Source of the DNA: Guillardia theta CCMP2712
Taxonomy: Eukaryota; Protista; Cryptophyta
Assembly (NCBI RefSeq): GCF_000315625.1
Contig: NW_005434605.1
Span: 238,407-302,406, forward strand
DNA: 64,000 bases
Direction of reading: 5' to 3'
Positions 34,521 through 46,964 of the stretch are shown here, in pieces. The notes under the pieces were generated by a model. The model had not been told where the DNA came from, ran no database searches, and saw only the letters and a program-made list of their open reading frames with translations. A program made the translations under genes and the position numbers. Every line of letters starts with the position of its first letter. Positions within the stretch are counted from its first letter, which is position 1.

Positions 34521-37158
34521 CTACGTCTCCTCGCTCGAGCTCCCCGATGTCACAACAGATGGTATGCTCCTTGCCCCAAGTCCATGGACTGCGAGGGAGG
34601 ACGTGAGAGGGTTAGAGCAGCGTCAGACGAGAACCTGTTGGTACGTCGTCGTCCTGTTGGAGTCGTCTGCCACGCTCGCGCTATCGGAGCCTTGGATGGA
34701 GGCGTGGTCACTCTGTCCGTGAAGTGAGGGAGGCGCGAGGTGGGGAGGGGGAGAGCACCTGAGAAATCTGACTGGCCGTGTCATCGTTTCGTCGCTCCTT
34801 CCGCTTGCTCCCTCGATGCGGCTTCTTCGGCTTCTTGTCCCCTCCGTCGAACTTGAAGCTCCCGACCCACTTGCCTGTCGATTCCATCCATTTGGTGAAC
34901 CTGAGGCGTCAGGTCAGCGACGGCAGGAGCCTCCTCCTCGTCCTACTCGTCGGGTTTCTTCTCCTTCCGTCTCTTGCCCTCCCCTTTCGATCCGCCCAGC
35001 ATGTTCCAGGGAGTGAAGGACTTGTCCCGCAGCTTCCTCTCTGCGTGCAGGGTTGAGCGTGAGAGGGGAGGGAGCAGAGTAGAGACCGGAGATGGAGGAG
35101 ACTCTCTCAAAGAGTTGGCTAATCACTTCCGGGTGCCTGACAGGCCTGTCAGCTCCTCGATACCTCGACGCCTCTCTTGCTACGTGATGGTCAGCCGGTG
35201 AAATCCCTCCGTCCTACACACTTCCTTGGAGTATCTGCAGATGAAGCTGCAAGACGTCTCCTGCGCAGATATGCGTCAGAGGGAAGGAAAGGAGGGGAGG
35301 ACGCGCCTTGAGCTGATCAGCCTCGTCGTCGATGGCGATGGCGAGTATGTCGCAAGCGTTTTCTACAGTCAGGCCTGATGAACGTCAGTTAGTCCCGCGG
35401 AGAGAGGCAGCGCTCAAGTCACTTCTTGTGAGCTGATCTTCACAAAGAGCTTTCAGCCTGCAGGAATGGCATCACAAATCGTCATCGTCATCGTCATCAC
35501 AGCTTCACCTTGTCAGGCCGAATCTTTGCGCCGCGGACAGCAGCTCATCGGCCATGTTGTCAAGCATTCCTTCTTCGATCTGATCCTTGCATCAGGGTGG
35601 TAGCGAGGCTTTCGAGTGACCGACCTTGTCCGTGTAGATGAAATGCAGCAAAACCCGAAAGTAATCCGGACGGAAGTCTAACAGCAAACATTCAGTCACC
35701 TCCCCCCACCATCCCCCACAAGATCTGCCGCACCTGGCACGTTTATCTCTCGCAGATGCATCGTCTCGTCGGTCAGAATCGGCACGGGGCACCTGCCTCT
35801 CATGTTAGCCAGCTGCTGCTGAAACCGGAGGATTTCTGGCTGCTTGACCTCGCGATCAAGATCGCCTTGTGCGCGGCAATGTGTTCGCACTCCGTCCCAA
35901 CCACGAAGGTGACGTCACTTCCCATCCCGCTGTGCAGGAGCATCTGCAGGCAGTGAGAACGGTTGACTCTCTCCTCCTAGGATACCTCGAGGTCGTACGT
36001 GAGCGTCGTCGCTGGGATCGTGACATGTTTCACGCTGCTCTTGTGCGAGAAGGTCGCCTCGCTGAAGACCGACCTCACCTCTTCCTCTTCCATCACGCTG
36101 ACGTTCCTCGCGCTCGCTCTATCAGATCTGCTTCAGGCTCAGCAACGAATTCTCCCCCGCATCCTCCTCACTCAAACAGGCGCAGGTTGACTTGGATCGC
36201 AAACTCGCCCTCGGGCGCCACTTCCTCCAGCTCCCTACCCAGCAGACTCAGGCTTCGGGTTCGATCTCCCAGCTCGCTTCTCACTCTCTCAAAATACACT
36301 TCTGCTTCCCCCAATGATCGTCGTAGCCCTCAAACACGCTGCCCTCCAACTCGTTGTCTTGGAAGATGACAGTCGAACGGCCTAACAGCCAACATCAGCC
36401 CCTCAACTCCCCAGCAGCCAGGACGACCTTCAGTGTCCAGGAGGACGAAGGAGAACCAGGCTCGCACAGATCCACTCCCCTTGTAGGCTAGGAACACGCT
36501 CACATACTCGCTCTCGCTCTCCGTCATCCCACTCGGACAGATCTGACAAGTTGCATCAGACTCAAATCCACAGCGTCTTCCTCTTGTGCGCACCCAGAGG
36601 GCCCAGGGCTCGTTGCATAACTGGAATGTGGTTGTCTCAATCTTCTCCCCTGGCACAGTGTCCTCGTACGGAAACCCAACAAACTTGGCCAGGTGCCTGA
36701 ACAAGCATGTCATCGATTCTGTTGCATCACTTCCCCCCTCCTCCCGCTCACTGGCTCTGCAAGTACTCTCCGCGCACCACGTCTTCGTCTGATTGCTGTC
36801 CCGAAACGGGCCTCGGGTTCTCCTGATGGCCTCTCACTGAGGGTACGATGCTGTGCGTGTTAGACCCTGCACGGGAAGAGGTTTCCAGGTCCTCGGACTT
36901 GTGCGAGGCCTCGTTCTCATGCTCTCCACCTTCCCTCTTGGCGTTCCCCCATGGCCAAGAAGCGTCCTGGATCGCCTGGAGAGGATCCCAGTCCTTGTGC
37001 TTGCCCGACCCGTTTGATTGTGTCTCTGATCTCGCCAGCCTCTTCGAACCTTTCATGCGCAGGTGGTAGCCCTGTTCGTCTTGTGGCATTCCCTGGAGTG
37101 AACTTGTTATCAACGGCACAGCCTGTTTACACCCTTTCTCCCTTCCTTGCATTGTCAT
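34521..37158 (-). CDS. MATH-BTB (SPOP/BPM-like) Cullin3 substrate adaptor; multi-exon, start approximate
   Basis: MATH: TFQLCNEPWALWICPSG...EYVSVFLAYKG. BTB: SDVTFVVG...IAAHKAILIARS, FRVLLHFIYTD, LLSAAQRF, RLKALCE and LTVENACDIL. Confidence 0.88.
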
Positions 37159-37899
37159 GCATCTCCCACTTACAAGCGCACCCGTTCCCTTTCTAGTCTC
37201 TGTCTCACTCCCTCCCTTCTGCTTTGCCTTTTCCTGTCCCTTCGATGTTATGCTGTGCTATCTGCAGACGCTGCTGCTTCCACTCTGCAGCTCGTAGTTA
37301 GCCCTCCTTGTACTTAATCTCGTATCTCTCCCCAACCGTGCTGCATGACCGTTCTTCCCTGGATGTCTCTTTTCAGCGTTAATTTGAGAACATGTCTCTG
37401 TTCCTCTTTCAGCTCCTCCTCCGTTGCTCTTCCTCTATCACTCAGTTCTTTCCTGACCCTCTCTCCTCCCTTAACCCTCAGCTCCTCTTCGATCCTCTCC
37501 TCTCCTCTTCGCTCCTCTCCTCCTCGCTCCTCTCCTCCTCGCTTCCCCACCCCTCCCCCCTTCCCTCCCCAAGTTCAGCGTTTGCTGAACTTCGCTTCCT
37601 GATGCATGTCAAAAACGGGGAGCCGATGATGGGTAGGGTGATCAAAAGTTAGGGGGTAGTGGTCTAATGTTTCGATTAATGAGCAATGTGTCATAGATAG
37701 CGTGAATTCTATATATCCTCACTATAGAAATATCCAGGGATAATGGGATAGAAGAGCATGTGGATTTATGGTAGTCCAGTTTCAGGGGTGGGGGTAATGA
37801 CGTCACGGGGTGGACCCTTTTTCAGACCTTTTTTTTGGGTCGTGTAAAACTTATGTTTTGTTTGTTTTTTCTTCCCTTGACCGGTCAAACCGTTGGGCC

Positions 37900-39361
37900 A
37901 TGCCGACCACGACGCTAGCGGAACTGCTGAACTGGAACCAGCGCATCATGAAGGAGGAGGCGGCGCTGGTGAAGAGCATCCTCACCTCAAGGAAGAGCTC
38001 CCAGGAGGGAGAGGAGCCCTGGAGTAGCGAGATATTGACGACAGAGTACCAGGGCAGTCAGCCCAGGCAGTTCAGGACCCGCCACTGGCACGCTTTTCAC
38101 AACATGTTGGATGGGCAGAAGGCCCCCAAGCTCGATATGCGCTCTCTATCGGAAGCCCACCAGAAGGATGACTTGCCCGTGACGTCGCGTGCTGATACAA
38201 AGAGAGAGACTGTGAATCGGGCGGTCCAGGTCCGTTTCAGTGGGAGCAGAACCCATCGAGGAAGGCTCCAAGAGACCCAGCAGGAAGATCTGGGCAGAAT
38301 TTCTACCTCAAGGCGATCAAACAACCCAAACCCCAAGAACCAGACTCCTTCTTCATTGCAGATTGCAATAAGTATGCAACTAGAACCCTTGGAATCTGAA
38401 CCGTCTTGACTCGTCTCTCAGGATCCGGGGAATATCATCCATTTGAATCATACGCACGGGAGAAGTTGAAACAAGGTGCTGATATGCTTTGAGTCTTCCG
38501 TGTGTCCGTGCTCACAGCTTCTGTGCAGCCGAGTGGGGGAGCATGGCATCGCAAGGTTGGAAGACGGATGCAGTGCGATGTCTCCTTTGAAGTCCCTTGT
38601 CAGGTTCTGAAGCTCAGAGGTTGCCAGTCACGCCGGAGTCCATGTGAGGATCTGCTGGAGGGCGACTCGGGGTTCTCATCTTTCACAGCTCGTCCATCTC
38701 CTCGAGGACGCGCACAGCTCAGAGGCTGCAGGAGCTGGAGAAAGCTGTTGAGATCGTGAGGGCTCCTGTTGTGCGGTAGTGCCATGACCAAGGAGAGGGC
38801 AGGAGAGCGAGCTGAGGCGGAAAGCTGAAGAAGAGCTCAAGCGCGTGCTTGCCGAAACTTCAGGTGCTTGGTTTGAGGATGGTACCATCCTAGCTGACCC
38901 GAGCTGAAGCTCGACAGAAGTATATCTTCTTCCACAACGGACTGACGCGGGGGGATGACTTGGTGCTCGAACCTGTCATGGAAGTGCTGAGCTGAGACCT
39001 TTTCCAGCTGATATCGGACGACAGCAGCGGGATAGCGAAGCTCGAGCCGGGGAAGAGCCTGAGGACGATGTTCCGTCCGCCAACGGGTGACGTTGAAGAG
39101 GGTCACCGGCAGGGGGTGGGCAAACCTTGTCCTGCGCTGTCCTGGAGGTCAAGACTTCCTTCAGGTGCCTGTGCTGGGGATCAAGAACATGATGTGGCAT
39201 AGCACGACCGACCAAGGTGACGCTCCTCTGCTGCGTTCGGGAGGGCGGAGGAGCTCACACTGCCTCCTCCCTGTTGAGCAGGACTTGGGACGACGCACGG
39301 GACTCATCGCGCCAATCGCTTCCTTCTGAGCAGGAAGAACTCCAGGCTGACGGGAATCTGA
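37900..39361 (+). CDS. Hypothetical protein; multi-exon, 3' end uncertain
   Basis: ORF starting MPTTTLAELLNWNQRIMKEE, followed by coding-like segments bounded by GT..AG. No family was recognised. Confidence 0.45.
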
Positions 39362-39687
39362 GAGAAGGCAGGACCTGGTTTGACTGATTCATTCCTCCCT
39401 CCTCCCCTTCACCGTCTTCTCTTCTTTTCGATCCTATCACTTCTCTTTCACTCATCCTTCTTCCTCTTCCCTTTGCCCTCGTTTCCCCTCCCCTCATGTA
39501 GAAGTTAAAAGTGCATGAATGTCATCAAGAACAATACAACACAATGCAGACTATCTCATTGCCACGATTGACGGATTACGACTTGCATGCTTCCATGTCC
39601 AGAGAGGCATGCTACACCACAGCGTATCGACATGCGATATCAGCACGAGTTGTTTTCCTTAGAAATATTTTCCATGGATACTGTCGT

Positions 39688-39873
39688 TTGCTCTTGCTCC
39701 TGCTCCTGCTCCTGCTCCTGCTCTTGCTCTTGCTCTTGCTCCTGCTCCTGCTCTTGCTCTTGCTCCTGCTCCTGCTCCTGCTCTTGCTCTTGCTCTTGCT
39801 CTTGCTCCTGCTCTTGCTCTTGCTCTTGCTCCTGCTCTTGCTCTTGCTCTTGCTCTTGCTCTTGCTCTTGCTC
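39688..39873. repeat. (CTCTTG/CTCCTG)n hexanucleotide microsatellite
   Basis: About 30 mixed units in intergenic DNA. Confidence 0.97.
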
Positions 39874-40306
39874 TACCTGTACTTTTACTTGTTCTGTCGT
39901 CTTGCTCCAGGTCTGTTCTGTTTATTTGTTCATAGCGCTCGTAGGACAACTGCTTTCTCGATCGGCCGCATTGCTGCCTTTCACAAGGCTTACTAATGAA
40001 GGGTATAGTCATGAATTGCTGTCCTTCATATTTAGGTTTCACGACGCTGAGGATGAGCTGGTTGGGGTTGCTGTAGGATCTATTCGTCATCTCCCGCCTC
40101 CTTGCTCCTCCTCCCCCCTCCCCCTCCCTCTCTCCCTCCCCCGCTCCCCTCTCTCCCTCCTCCCTCCTCCTCTCTCCTCCTCTCGCTCCTCTCCTTGCCG
40201 TCTTCTCCTCCTGTAAGGTTGGAGCCATCTCCTGTCTCATGTTCGCCTTTACCGCCGCTTGAAGAGGAGCATGGCGGAAGCTGAGAGCCTTCTATGCGTG
40301 TAGAGC

Positions 40307-43300
40307 ATGTCGTCGGAGATTGAAGAAGAGGCCGAGGATGCGCTCAGTGATTCCTACAGTTTCCAGGATGCGGTTGATGGCGGCGAGCTAGACATGAACC
40401 TGGACGGGAGCGATGCGAAGAGGGCTGACCTCAAGGTGGCCGCAGAGCTAGGGAGGCAGCTGCTGAGGGAGAAACAAGCGCTCCTGGAGAAGCTTGAAGC
40501 CTCCCAGCTCGAGCTGGAGCAGTGCAAGGGGGAGCTGCGGGAATGGCAGGAGTTTGCGGGAGAGGCCGGGTCGTGGTCTTGCCCATTGTCCCCAGCAGCA
40601 GCAAAGGCTCTGATCGCAGACATGGACAAGACGGTGCAGACATACGTCAAGGAATGCTCGGACAAGAGCTCCAGGATCCTCCAGCTGGAGTTCAGATGCT
40701 CCGAGCTGGAGTCGACAGTCGCCCACAACGAGGAGGAGATCCTTCACCTGGGGAAGCAGGCGGGGGATGCGCAGAAGCTGAGGGAGAAGCTGTCTGCAGC
40801 GGAGGCGCAGGTCAGCAAGATGTCGCAGCAGGAGAAGGAACTGCAAGAGGCGAAGCGAGAATGCGGCAAGTGGAAGGATAGAGCATCTATCGTTGAAGCA
40901 GACTGCGAGCAATACCAACAAGAAATCAGTAGGCTGCAGGTGATACCCAGCATGCTTCGGGCGCAAGTGGAATGAAATGATGTGCAGGCGGAGCTGGAAG
41001 AGGAGAAGTCAGAGACTCGGAGACTGAAGCGGTCCATGACCGGATCGACTCCCCGCCATGAGGTGATCGCTGCGCATGTTTGACCTGTACACATTCATAG
41101 AGGAGTGAGACTTTTGTGCGCAGAGCACCACCCCCAGAGCGATCATGGAGGAAGAGAGCTGCAAGAAGTCTCTGCAGTCAGCCATGCAGAAGATCGACGA
41201 CCTCAACTATGAGATCGCCTCTCTCAAGGCTGCCGCGCGGGTCGGCGAAGCCTCGGCGTCGGAGAGGTCTTTCTGCGAGGAGACTGAGAGCGAGAGCGAA
41301 TCTTTGAACTTGGACGACGCTCAGAAGGTGTTGACCTTCGATGAGCAGAAGCTGCAAGATCAAGGTCAAGGGCTCGTGCCCTCCTCGTTGGACATGTCGG
41401 CGAAGCAAGCAAGCTCGACGTCGACAGAGGGAGGGCCGGGGGGCTCGAGTTCTGCAGTGGAAGAGGCGTCTTTCATCACTTTGAACCTGAACCTTCGCAA
41501 GGAGGTGAGACTCTGGTGCCCTCCATGGTCTTGTGGCTGAACTGCATCGTCTCGTTCCCTTGCTCTCTTTGGCAGCTCGAGGGTGTACAGAACTTGTGTC
41601 AAATCTACATGAAAGACAACGAGCATCTGCGACAGGAGCTCGCACAGGTAACTCCTTCTTGTCACGATTCTGGGTTCTGATCACCTTCGCACCATAGGAG
41701 CAATTCAGAAGAAAGGCATGACCGCTTCACGTGTGGTGTGCCGTGCTGACGAAATTTCTGGATGTGCAGGAGCAGGACGAGATCTCCCGTTTCCTGGAGG
41801 AGCTCAACCTGAAGCTGATGTATCCATCTCCTGTCGCCACTGCAGTCGCTGGTCTTGACGCACTGCCCCTAGGAAAAGGTTGCACCAAGACCCATCGGAG
41901 CAGGATACCCTCCGAAGCTCCACACGGGCTGAAACGGATCCCAACGAGGAGGAGGAGGATGAAGCAGAGAAGGAACAGGACGGGCTGCAGTCGCTTCTCA
42001 ATAATGTCTCCGACGGGATCCCCTCTCCCCTGGATGGTGCGAGCCCCTAGAGACCTTGATCGTGTCCTCCAGTGAGATGCTTTGCAGTCGAAGTCCTCTC
42101 AATCTTCAGCAACGCCTACAACGCCGTTGAATGCAACAGGACGAGGATGAGGATCGCCGAGGTGATCCTTGAAGGATTCTTCGTCCTCACCCTGGCCTCC
42201 ATCATCATGGACAACCCAAAGCTCAGGAAGGAGCAGCTGGACCATCAAGGGATCCAGTCGCTGGTGCTCAAGTCAAAATCTGCAGGCACTCACTCCACCT
42301 GCGCGCCCTTGTTCCCCCTGAGCCTCGTGTTGTGCAGGCATCCCATTCTACGAGTATCACTCGTGGTTGCGAGCGCAGCTGAGAGAGCTTCCTCTCGTCT
42401 CTGAGGTCTGCTTCTTCCTTCACCTTCTTCACTTTGCCTGCACTGGCTCTACAACCCTTTGCCTCTTGCTCAGAGTTCCCCGCCCTCCCTGCTGCCTCCT
42501 CCCCTTCATCTCCTCTCAGTCATCATTTGATATTCATGATCACCCAGAATGACGACGAGAACGACGACACGACGACCATTTCCATGCAAGAGTTGCACTC
42601 GCTCGTGATGGGGTTGGAATCGAACAACGCCTCCAAGAATAAGGTCGGTTCCTTTCAACCTGCCTCCCCCCCCCGCCCCCCCCGCTCCCACTTGACAAAC
42701 TGCGGCTGCAGGGCATGAGGAAGCGCGACAGGTTGGCTGCGCTCTTCTCCTCACCCAAGAAGGTGAAGCTCAGCTGCAGAGCAGCTAGGGAGATCATGTG
42801 GCTCCGCAGGATGCGAACGGGACGGCGAGCGATGCGGGGAGCAGCTGCGGGGAGGGAGGAGGAAGTTCTCATTCCAGAGACCTCTGCATCAGGCTGATCC
42901 AGATCAACATGGATATCACGGAGAAGCTCAAGAAGTCAGTGAAGCGAAGAAAGGTCTGCTCCCCCCTCCCCTTCCTACGGGCTCCCTCAACCTCTGCGGT
43001 GACATGACGGGCGACAGGCTCTGGAGCTGGCTCTGGAGGTAGAGAAGCTGGAGAAGGAAGAAGCTCTGCAGGTACCTTCCTCTCCCTCCTTTTCCCCTCT
43101 TCCTTGAAGAGACCTACTTGCCTCCTCTTGTAACTTATCCCTCACTTGCTCCCCGCAGCATTCAAGGGCAGTCAAGCAGGTTTGTGACCTGCTGTCTCGT
43201 CAGCTGGCGGAGCGAGAGGACCAGCAGGAGAGGAGTCAACCGCAAGGAGGAGACGATGATGCTGAAGAAGTCGAAACCACTGCGGCGATGGGAGTAGACA

Positions 43301-43350
43301 ACCAATCGCCTGAGTCGCTTGAAGCATCATCGGATCCAAGTTGTACATAA
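40307..43350 (+). CDS. Long coiled-coil protein with N-terminal CC1-box-like motif (HAP1/BICD/Spindly-type); multi-exon, 3' end approximate
   Basis: KRADLKVAAELGRQLLREKQAL followed by heptad repeats, and a later globular block EGFFVLTLASII...IPFYEYHSWLRAQL. It includes a GC-AG intron at 41716-41769. Confidence 0.7.
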
Positions 43351-43644
43351 TACATGTTCTATCCGTGGGGCTACACCGTCTTTACCGTACTATCAGTACT
43401 CACTGTGTACTGACCGTGACGGAGGCTCGAACTTCAGAACTTCGGAACGCCGGGCCGTGGGGGGCCGGCTTTCGTTCCTGCCGGGCGGGCCGGGCCCGGA
43501 CTCGTCCCCTCCCTCCTCCCCCTGCTCCCCCTTCCCCCTCCCTGCGGGGTTCCATCAACTCGCATCTCCCTCGCGTCTCCAGCTTCTCCTTGAAAGGTCT
43601 CCTTCATCCCAGCACACTCCCGACAACACTTCCTCCGCCTCCTC

Positions 43645-44679
43645 ATGTTCTCTCCTCCCAAGGTGCGGAATGAAGCCGCGGACAGCATCCCGATGGTCAA
43701 CGACATCAGTGAATGGTCGTCGAGGATCTCGACGAAACTCTCCGCATGCCGGGAAGGAGAGCTGATCAAAGCATTCTACTCCTCCCTTACAGGCGCGATC
43801 ACCACAAACTCCGCCCTTGCCTCCGTGCCCATGGACGATCACCTCTGCCACAGAGGGCATGCCGTCTTCGACACTTGCACTCTGGCAAAGGGGCGAATCT
43901 ATCGACTCAGGACTCACATCGACCGCTTCCTCGCAAGCGCGCATGGGGCGAGGATCGACCCTCCCCTATCACGCTCCGAGATCGAGAACATCATCCTACA
44001 CACCGCCGCTGCCTCTGGACTCAAGGACGGGTCCGTCCGCTTCTGGCTCTCTGCAGGACCAGGAGATTTCTCCATCGTCCCCAAGCAGGGATCCTCTTCT
44101 TTCTACTGCGTCATCTTCGTCGGCTCGGCACTACAGCACGAGATGGGCAAGGCACCTCCTGCCATCTCCGAGGTAACAGTGCGTGACGTCCCGCTGAAAC
44201 CGCCGGCCCTGAGCTCGATCAAGACCAACAACTACCTCCTTAACTCCCTCACCGCCCTCCGAGCGCGCGATCTGGGAGGGACCTTTGGTATCCTTGTGGA
44301 CGAGGAGGGTTTCATCGCTGAATCCTGCGTCCTTAACGTTTCCTTCGTGCTCCCGGACAAGACCCTGGTCACTCCCACGTTCGCTCGTGCTCTCAACGGC
44401 ACCACTGTGCGCAAATGCCTCGAGTTTGCAGAACCTAAACTGATCGCTGAGGGTCTGATCAAAGAAGCCCAGCAGCGACCCATCGCGGAGGAGGAGGCTC
44501 ATACGGCTGTGGAGATTTTCCTCACTGGAGGCGACCTGCACTTGTACGCCGTGACGTCGTGGGACGGGGAGCCAGTCGGAGATGGTCAGGTCGGTCCTGT
44601 GGCGACGAGGCTGCTCTCCGCACTTGAGGATGAGGCGATGCACGGGAGCAGCGAGCATCTCCAGGTTCCATACTCGTGA
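43645..44679 (+). CDS. PLP-dependent class IV aminotransferase of the plant D-amino-acid transaminase / aminodeoxychorismate lyase type; uninterrupted ORF
   Basis: FYSSLTGAITT, VPMDDHLCHRGHAVFDT, HIDRFLASA, VRFWLSAGPGDF, catalytic-Lys region SIKTNNYLLN, LNGTTVR and VGDGQVGPV. Confidence 0.93.
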   Translation: MFSPPKVRNEAADSIPMVNDISEWSSRISTKLSACREGELIKAFYSSLTGAITTNSALASVPMDDHLCHRGHAVFDTCTLAKGRIYRLRTHIDRFLASAHGARIDPPLSRSEIENIILHTAAASGLKDGSVRFWLSAGPGDFSIVPKQGSSSFYCVIFVGSALQHEMGKAPPAISEVTVRDVPLKPPALSSIKTNNYLLNSLTALRARDLGGTFGILVDEEGFIAESCVLNVSFVLPDKTLVTPTFARALNGTTVRKCLEFAEPKLIAEGLIKEAQQRPIAEEEAHTAVEIFLTGGDLHLYAVTSWDGEPVGDGQVGPVATRLLSALEDEAMHGSSEHLQVPYS

Positions 44680-44812
44680 TTGGTCCCTGTGACCGTATAA
44701 CATTCAGAAGCCTACATGAGGGTGGGTGAAACTCGTTTCATTGAATGTGTGAATGTTGCTCCTCTCTACTCATCATGTATAACCAGCTCTTGGATTGCCG
44801 CTGTTCAACTTG

Positions 44813-45193
44813 TCAGTGGCAGCCGTTCCTGTTCACACGCCACGTGGCGACAGTCCTTCCTCCTTGTGGAACAACCATGCACTGACCGATGTAGTGGGTG
44901 AGAGAGTCCGAAACTTCCTTGCTGAACTCTGCAGCGACGTACGTGTGCTCCTCAGGTCCCGCCCCAGCCGTCATGGGAGCCCCAGGGACAGAGTTCCCTG
45001 AGTTGTGGATGTACGCGCGTCCTGGTCCGCATGGTGCATCGCGATCGTAGATGACGACGTTGGGATCAGACACGGCAGTCACAGGAGCCTTGTAACATGC
45101 CTTGGGTGGGTTGTCGTTCCCAACAGTCAACCCATGAGCAGAGAGAACGGTGAAGAGCAAGAGTGCAAAGACCGAGATAGCACGAGATGGCAT
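44813..45193 (-). CDS. Small secreted protein (signal peptide, 4 Cys), function unknown
   Basis: MPSRAISVFALLLFTVLSAHG signal peptide; single-exon ORF of 126 aa. Confidence 0.65.
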   Translation of the reverse strand: MPSRAISVFALLLFTVLSAHGLTVGNDNPPKACYKAPVTAVSDPNVVIYDRDAPCGPGRAYIHNSGNSVPGAPMTAGAGPEEHTYVAAEFSKEVSDSLTHYIGQCMVVPQGGRTVATWRVNRNGCH

Positions 45194-46439
45194 CTGCACA
45201 CCGAAAGTGAATTTTCAGTGATAGAAAACCCGCAGGACAAAGCCTAAATCAGGAGAGTGATGAGCTATCAATGGCATCCTCAAATTCAGTACGTCCAGGA
45301 GAAAAAAGAGACAAAACACATTTGTAGGTGATCACAAAGAGGAGATCATGATGACGTAAGGTAGACTACGTAAGGTCATCAACTGTTGATGCTTCATAAC
45401 CTCATCTGTCTAAAAAGTGCTTCCATCCACCTTGTTTTGATGTGTTTGATTGCCATACAACTATCTCTGTTTCTTCCGTCTCATCTCTCTTCCCTAATTC
45501 TTTCCTCCCTCTCCTTCCCTCCCAACATCGCGCCATGAAACGACACTCTGTAGTTGCTTTGCTTCATCCCATTTTGTGCCAGCCAGCGCTTCCAGCTGCC
45601 CACCACCCCATCCCATACCCTTGAAAGACAGGTGTGTGTATACCCTCAGTGCTCTGATGCAATTCTATAAGTCCCTCCTTAATTCAGTTCGTATGAGACC
45701 TGAACTATAGGTACCCCCACCCCCTTTTTGCATTCCATTTGGACACCCACGGTTTTCATCTAGGCCGAACTCTTCTTTCACTTGTGTCAATCAGAATTTC
45801 AAGATACCTTCATATTTTTGAAAAATACTCCTCATTTCGAAAACGACTTTTTAACCAATCAACCGACTGTCCGCGGCCCGGCGGGCCGGCCCGGCGGCCG
45901 CCGGCGGGCCGGGGCCAGCGACCCGGCTCGCGTCCGGCCGGGGATGTCACCGGGTGATTTTTACTGAACCGGAGGCTACTGAGAGTAAACGGCAGAGCAC
46001 GGTACTTCATGACACGGACGTGTCAGGCGGCAGGGCTGAGTTTACTGCTAGATCATCAGGCTATGACCCAGTCCTAGAAAAGTTTGTAGGTTGGTCCGAT
46101 TAAGACAGGAGTGCAAAGATATCAGAAAATAATCTCGCAAATCTTCGACGAAATTTCGAAATCGTTTCCAGGCCATTGCCGTAGTAAATTTCAATTTTGA
46201 CCTACCGAAATGAAACTTGTCGTAACAAACAATTTCGGCCGAATCCGGATATAATGGTTTTTCATTTACAAACGTTTTAACACTGAAAAATAATTTTTGT
46301 TTGTTTTACAACAGCCTAGGCGTCAGCCGACAAACCCAATCAAAACAGCAATCAAAAGGGTTGACAGTACGTGAAGCGTCAGGAAGGGACTGGCGAGTGG
46401 GGGCCGGCAGCGCGCCGTCGGAGGGTGAAAGATCGGACC

Positions 46440-46964
46440 ATGATGGGAGAACACGTTCATCGATGCATGTGCCAGGGCATGAGCTGCTCCTTCGCACGCA
46501 TCTTTGTCGCTCTCTTCCGTTCTTCTGTGATGTTCGCATGGAGCCTTCTCTTGCCCTTCGGTCCGAAAGAATTTAAAGCACTCGGAGAATCGTCAAGGAG
46601 TCTTGAGCATGAGCTTCAAGATACTCGATGGAACCAAAGAAGTGTCGAACTGGAGGGCCACGAGGACTCCCCTGCTTCAGATAGCCAATCATCCCGTGCT
46701 TTGACAAGATCCTCCAGTGCGAATCATGCCCATCACGCCGCCCTGCGTATGGAAGCTGGATCTCATCTCAGCTTGCGATGCAAGTTGCTGGAACACCCCG
46801 ATAGTCACGCCTGCTCCTGCAGCTGCTTGCGCTGCATGAAGCGCATGAGGTCCGAGCTGCTGTCGTCCTTTGAGCAAGCGCGATTGCAAGGCTACATCGT
46901 GGTCACGACAAGAGAAGCGGCGGGGCGACATCAGCAAGGGAGAAGACGTCGATCGGTATTATGA
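46440..46964 (+). CDS. Cys/His-rich orphan protein, copy 1 (possibly a pseudogene)
   Basis: ORF MMGEHVHRCMCQGMSC...HPDSHACSCSCLRCM. The frame is conserved with copy 2 despite an indel in the 5' half. Confidence 0.5.
   Translation: MMGEHVHRCMCQGMSCSFARIFVALFRSSVMFAWSLLLPFGPKEFKALGESSRSLEHELQDTRWNQRSVELEGHEDSPASDSQSSRALTRSSSANHAHHAALRMEAGSHLSLRCKLLEHPDSHACSCSCLRCMKRMRSELLSSFEQARLQGYIVVTTREAAGRHQQGRRRRSVL

Noticed and set aside
39511-40240. Poly-Leu, poly-(Cys-Ser) and poly-(Arg-Ala) ORFs
   Set aside because: They are translations of the (CTCYTG)n microsatellite, which has no stop codon in several frames.
40560-40595. Second possible GA-AG intron (36 nt) in the coiled-coil gene
   Set aside because: It is in frame, stop-free and shorter than the other introns here, so it cannot be distinguished from coding sequence without RNA data.
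27721-43350. DCTN2 and the CC1-box adaptor as a functional dynein gene cluster
   Set aside because: They are ~11 kb apart with unrelated genes between them, so proximity is probably chance.
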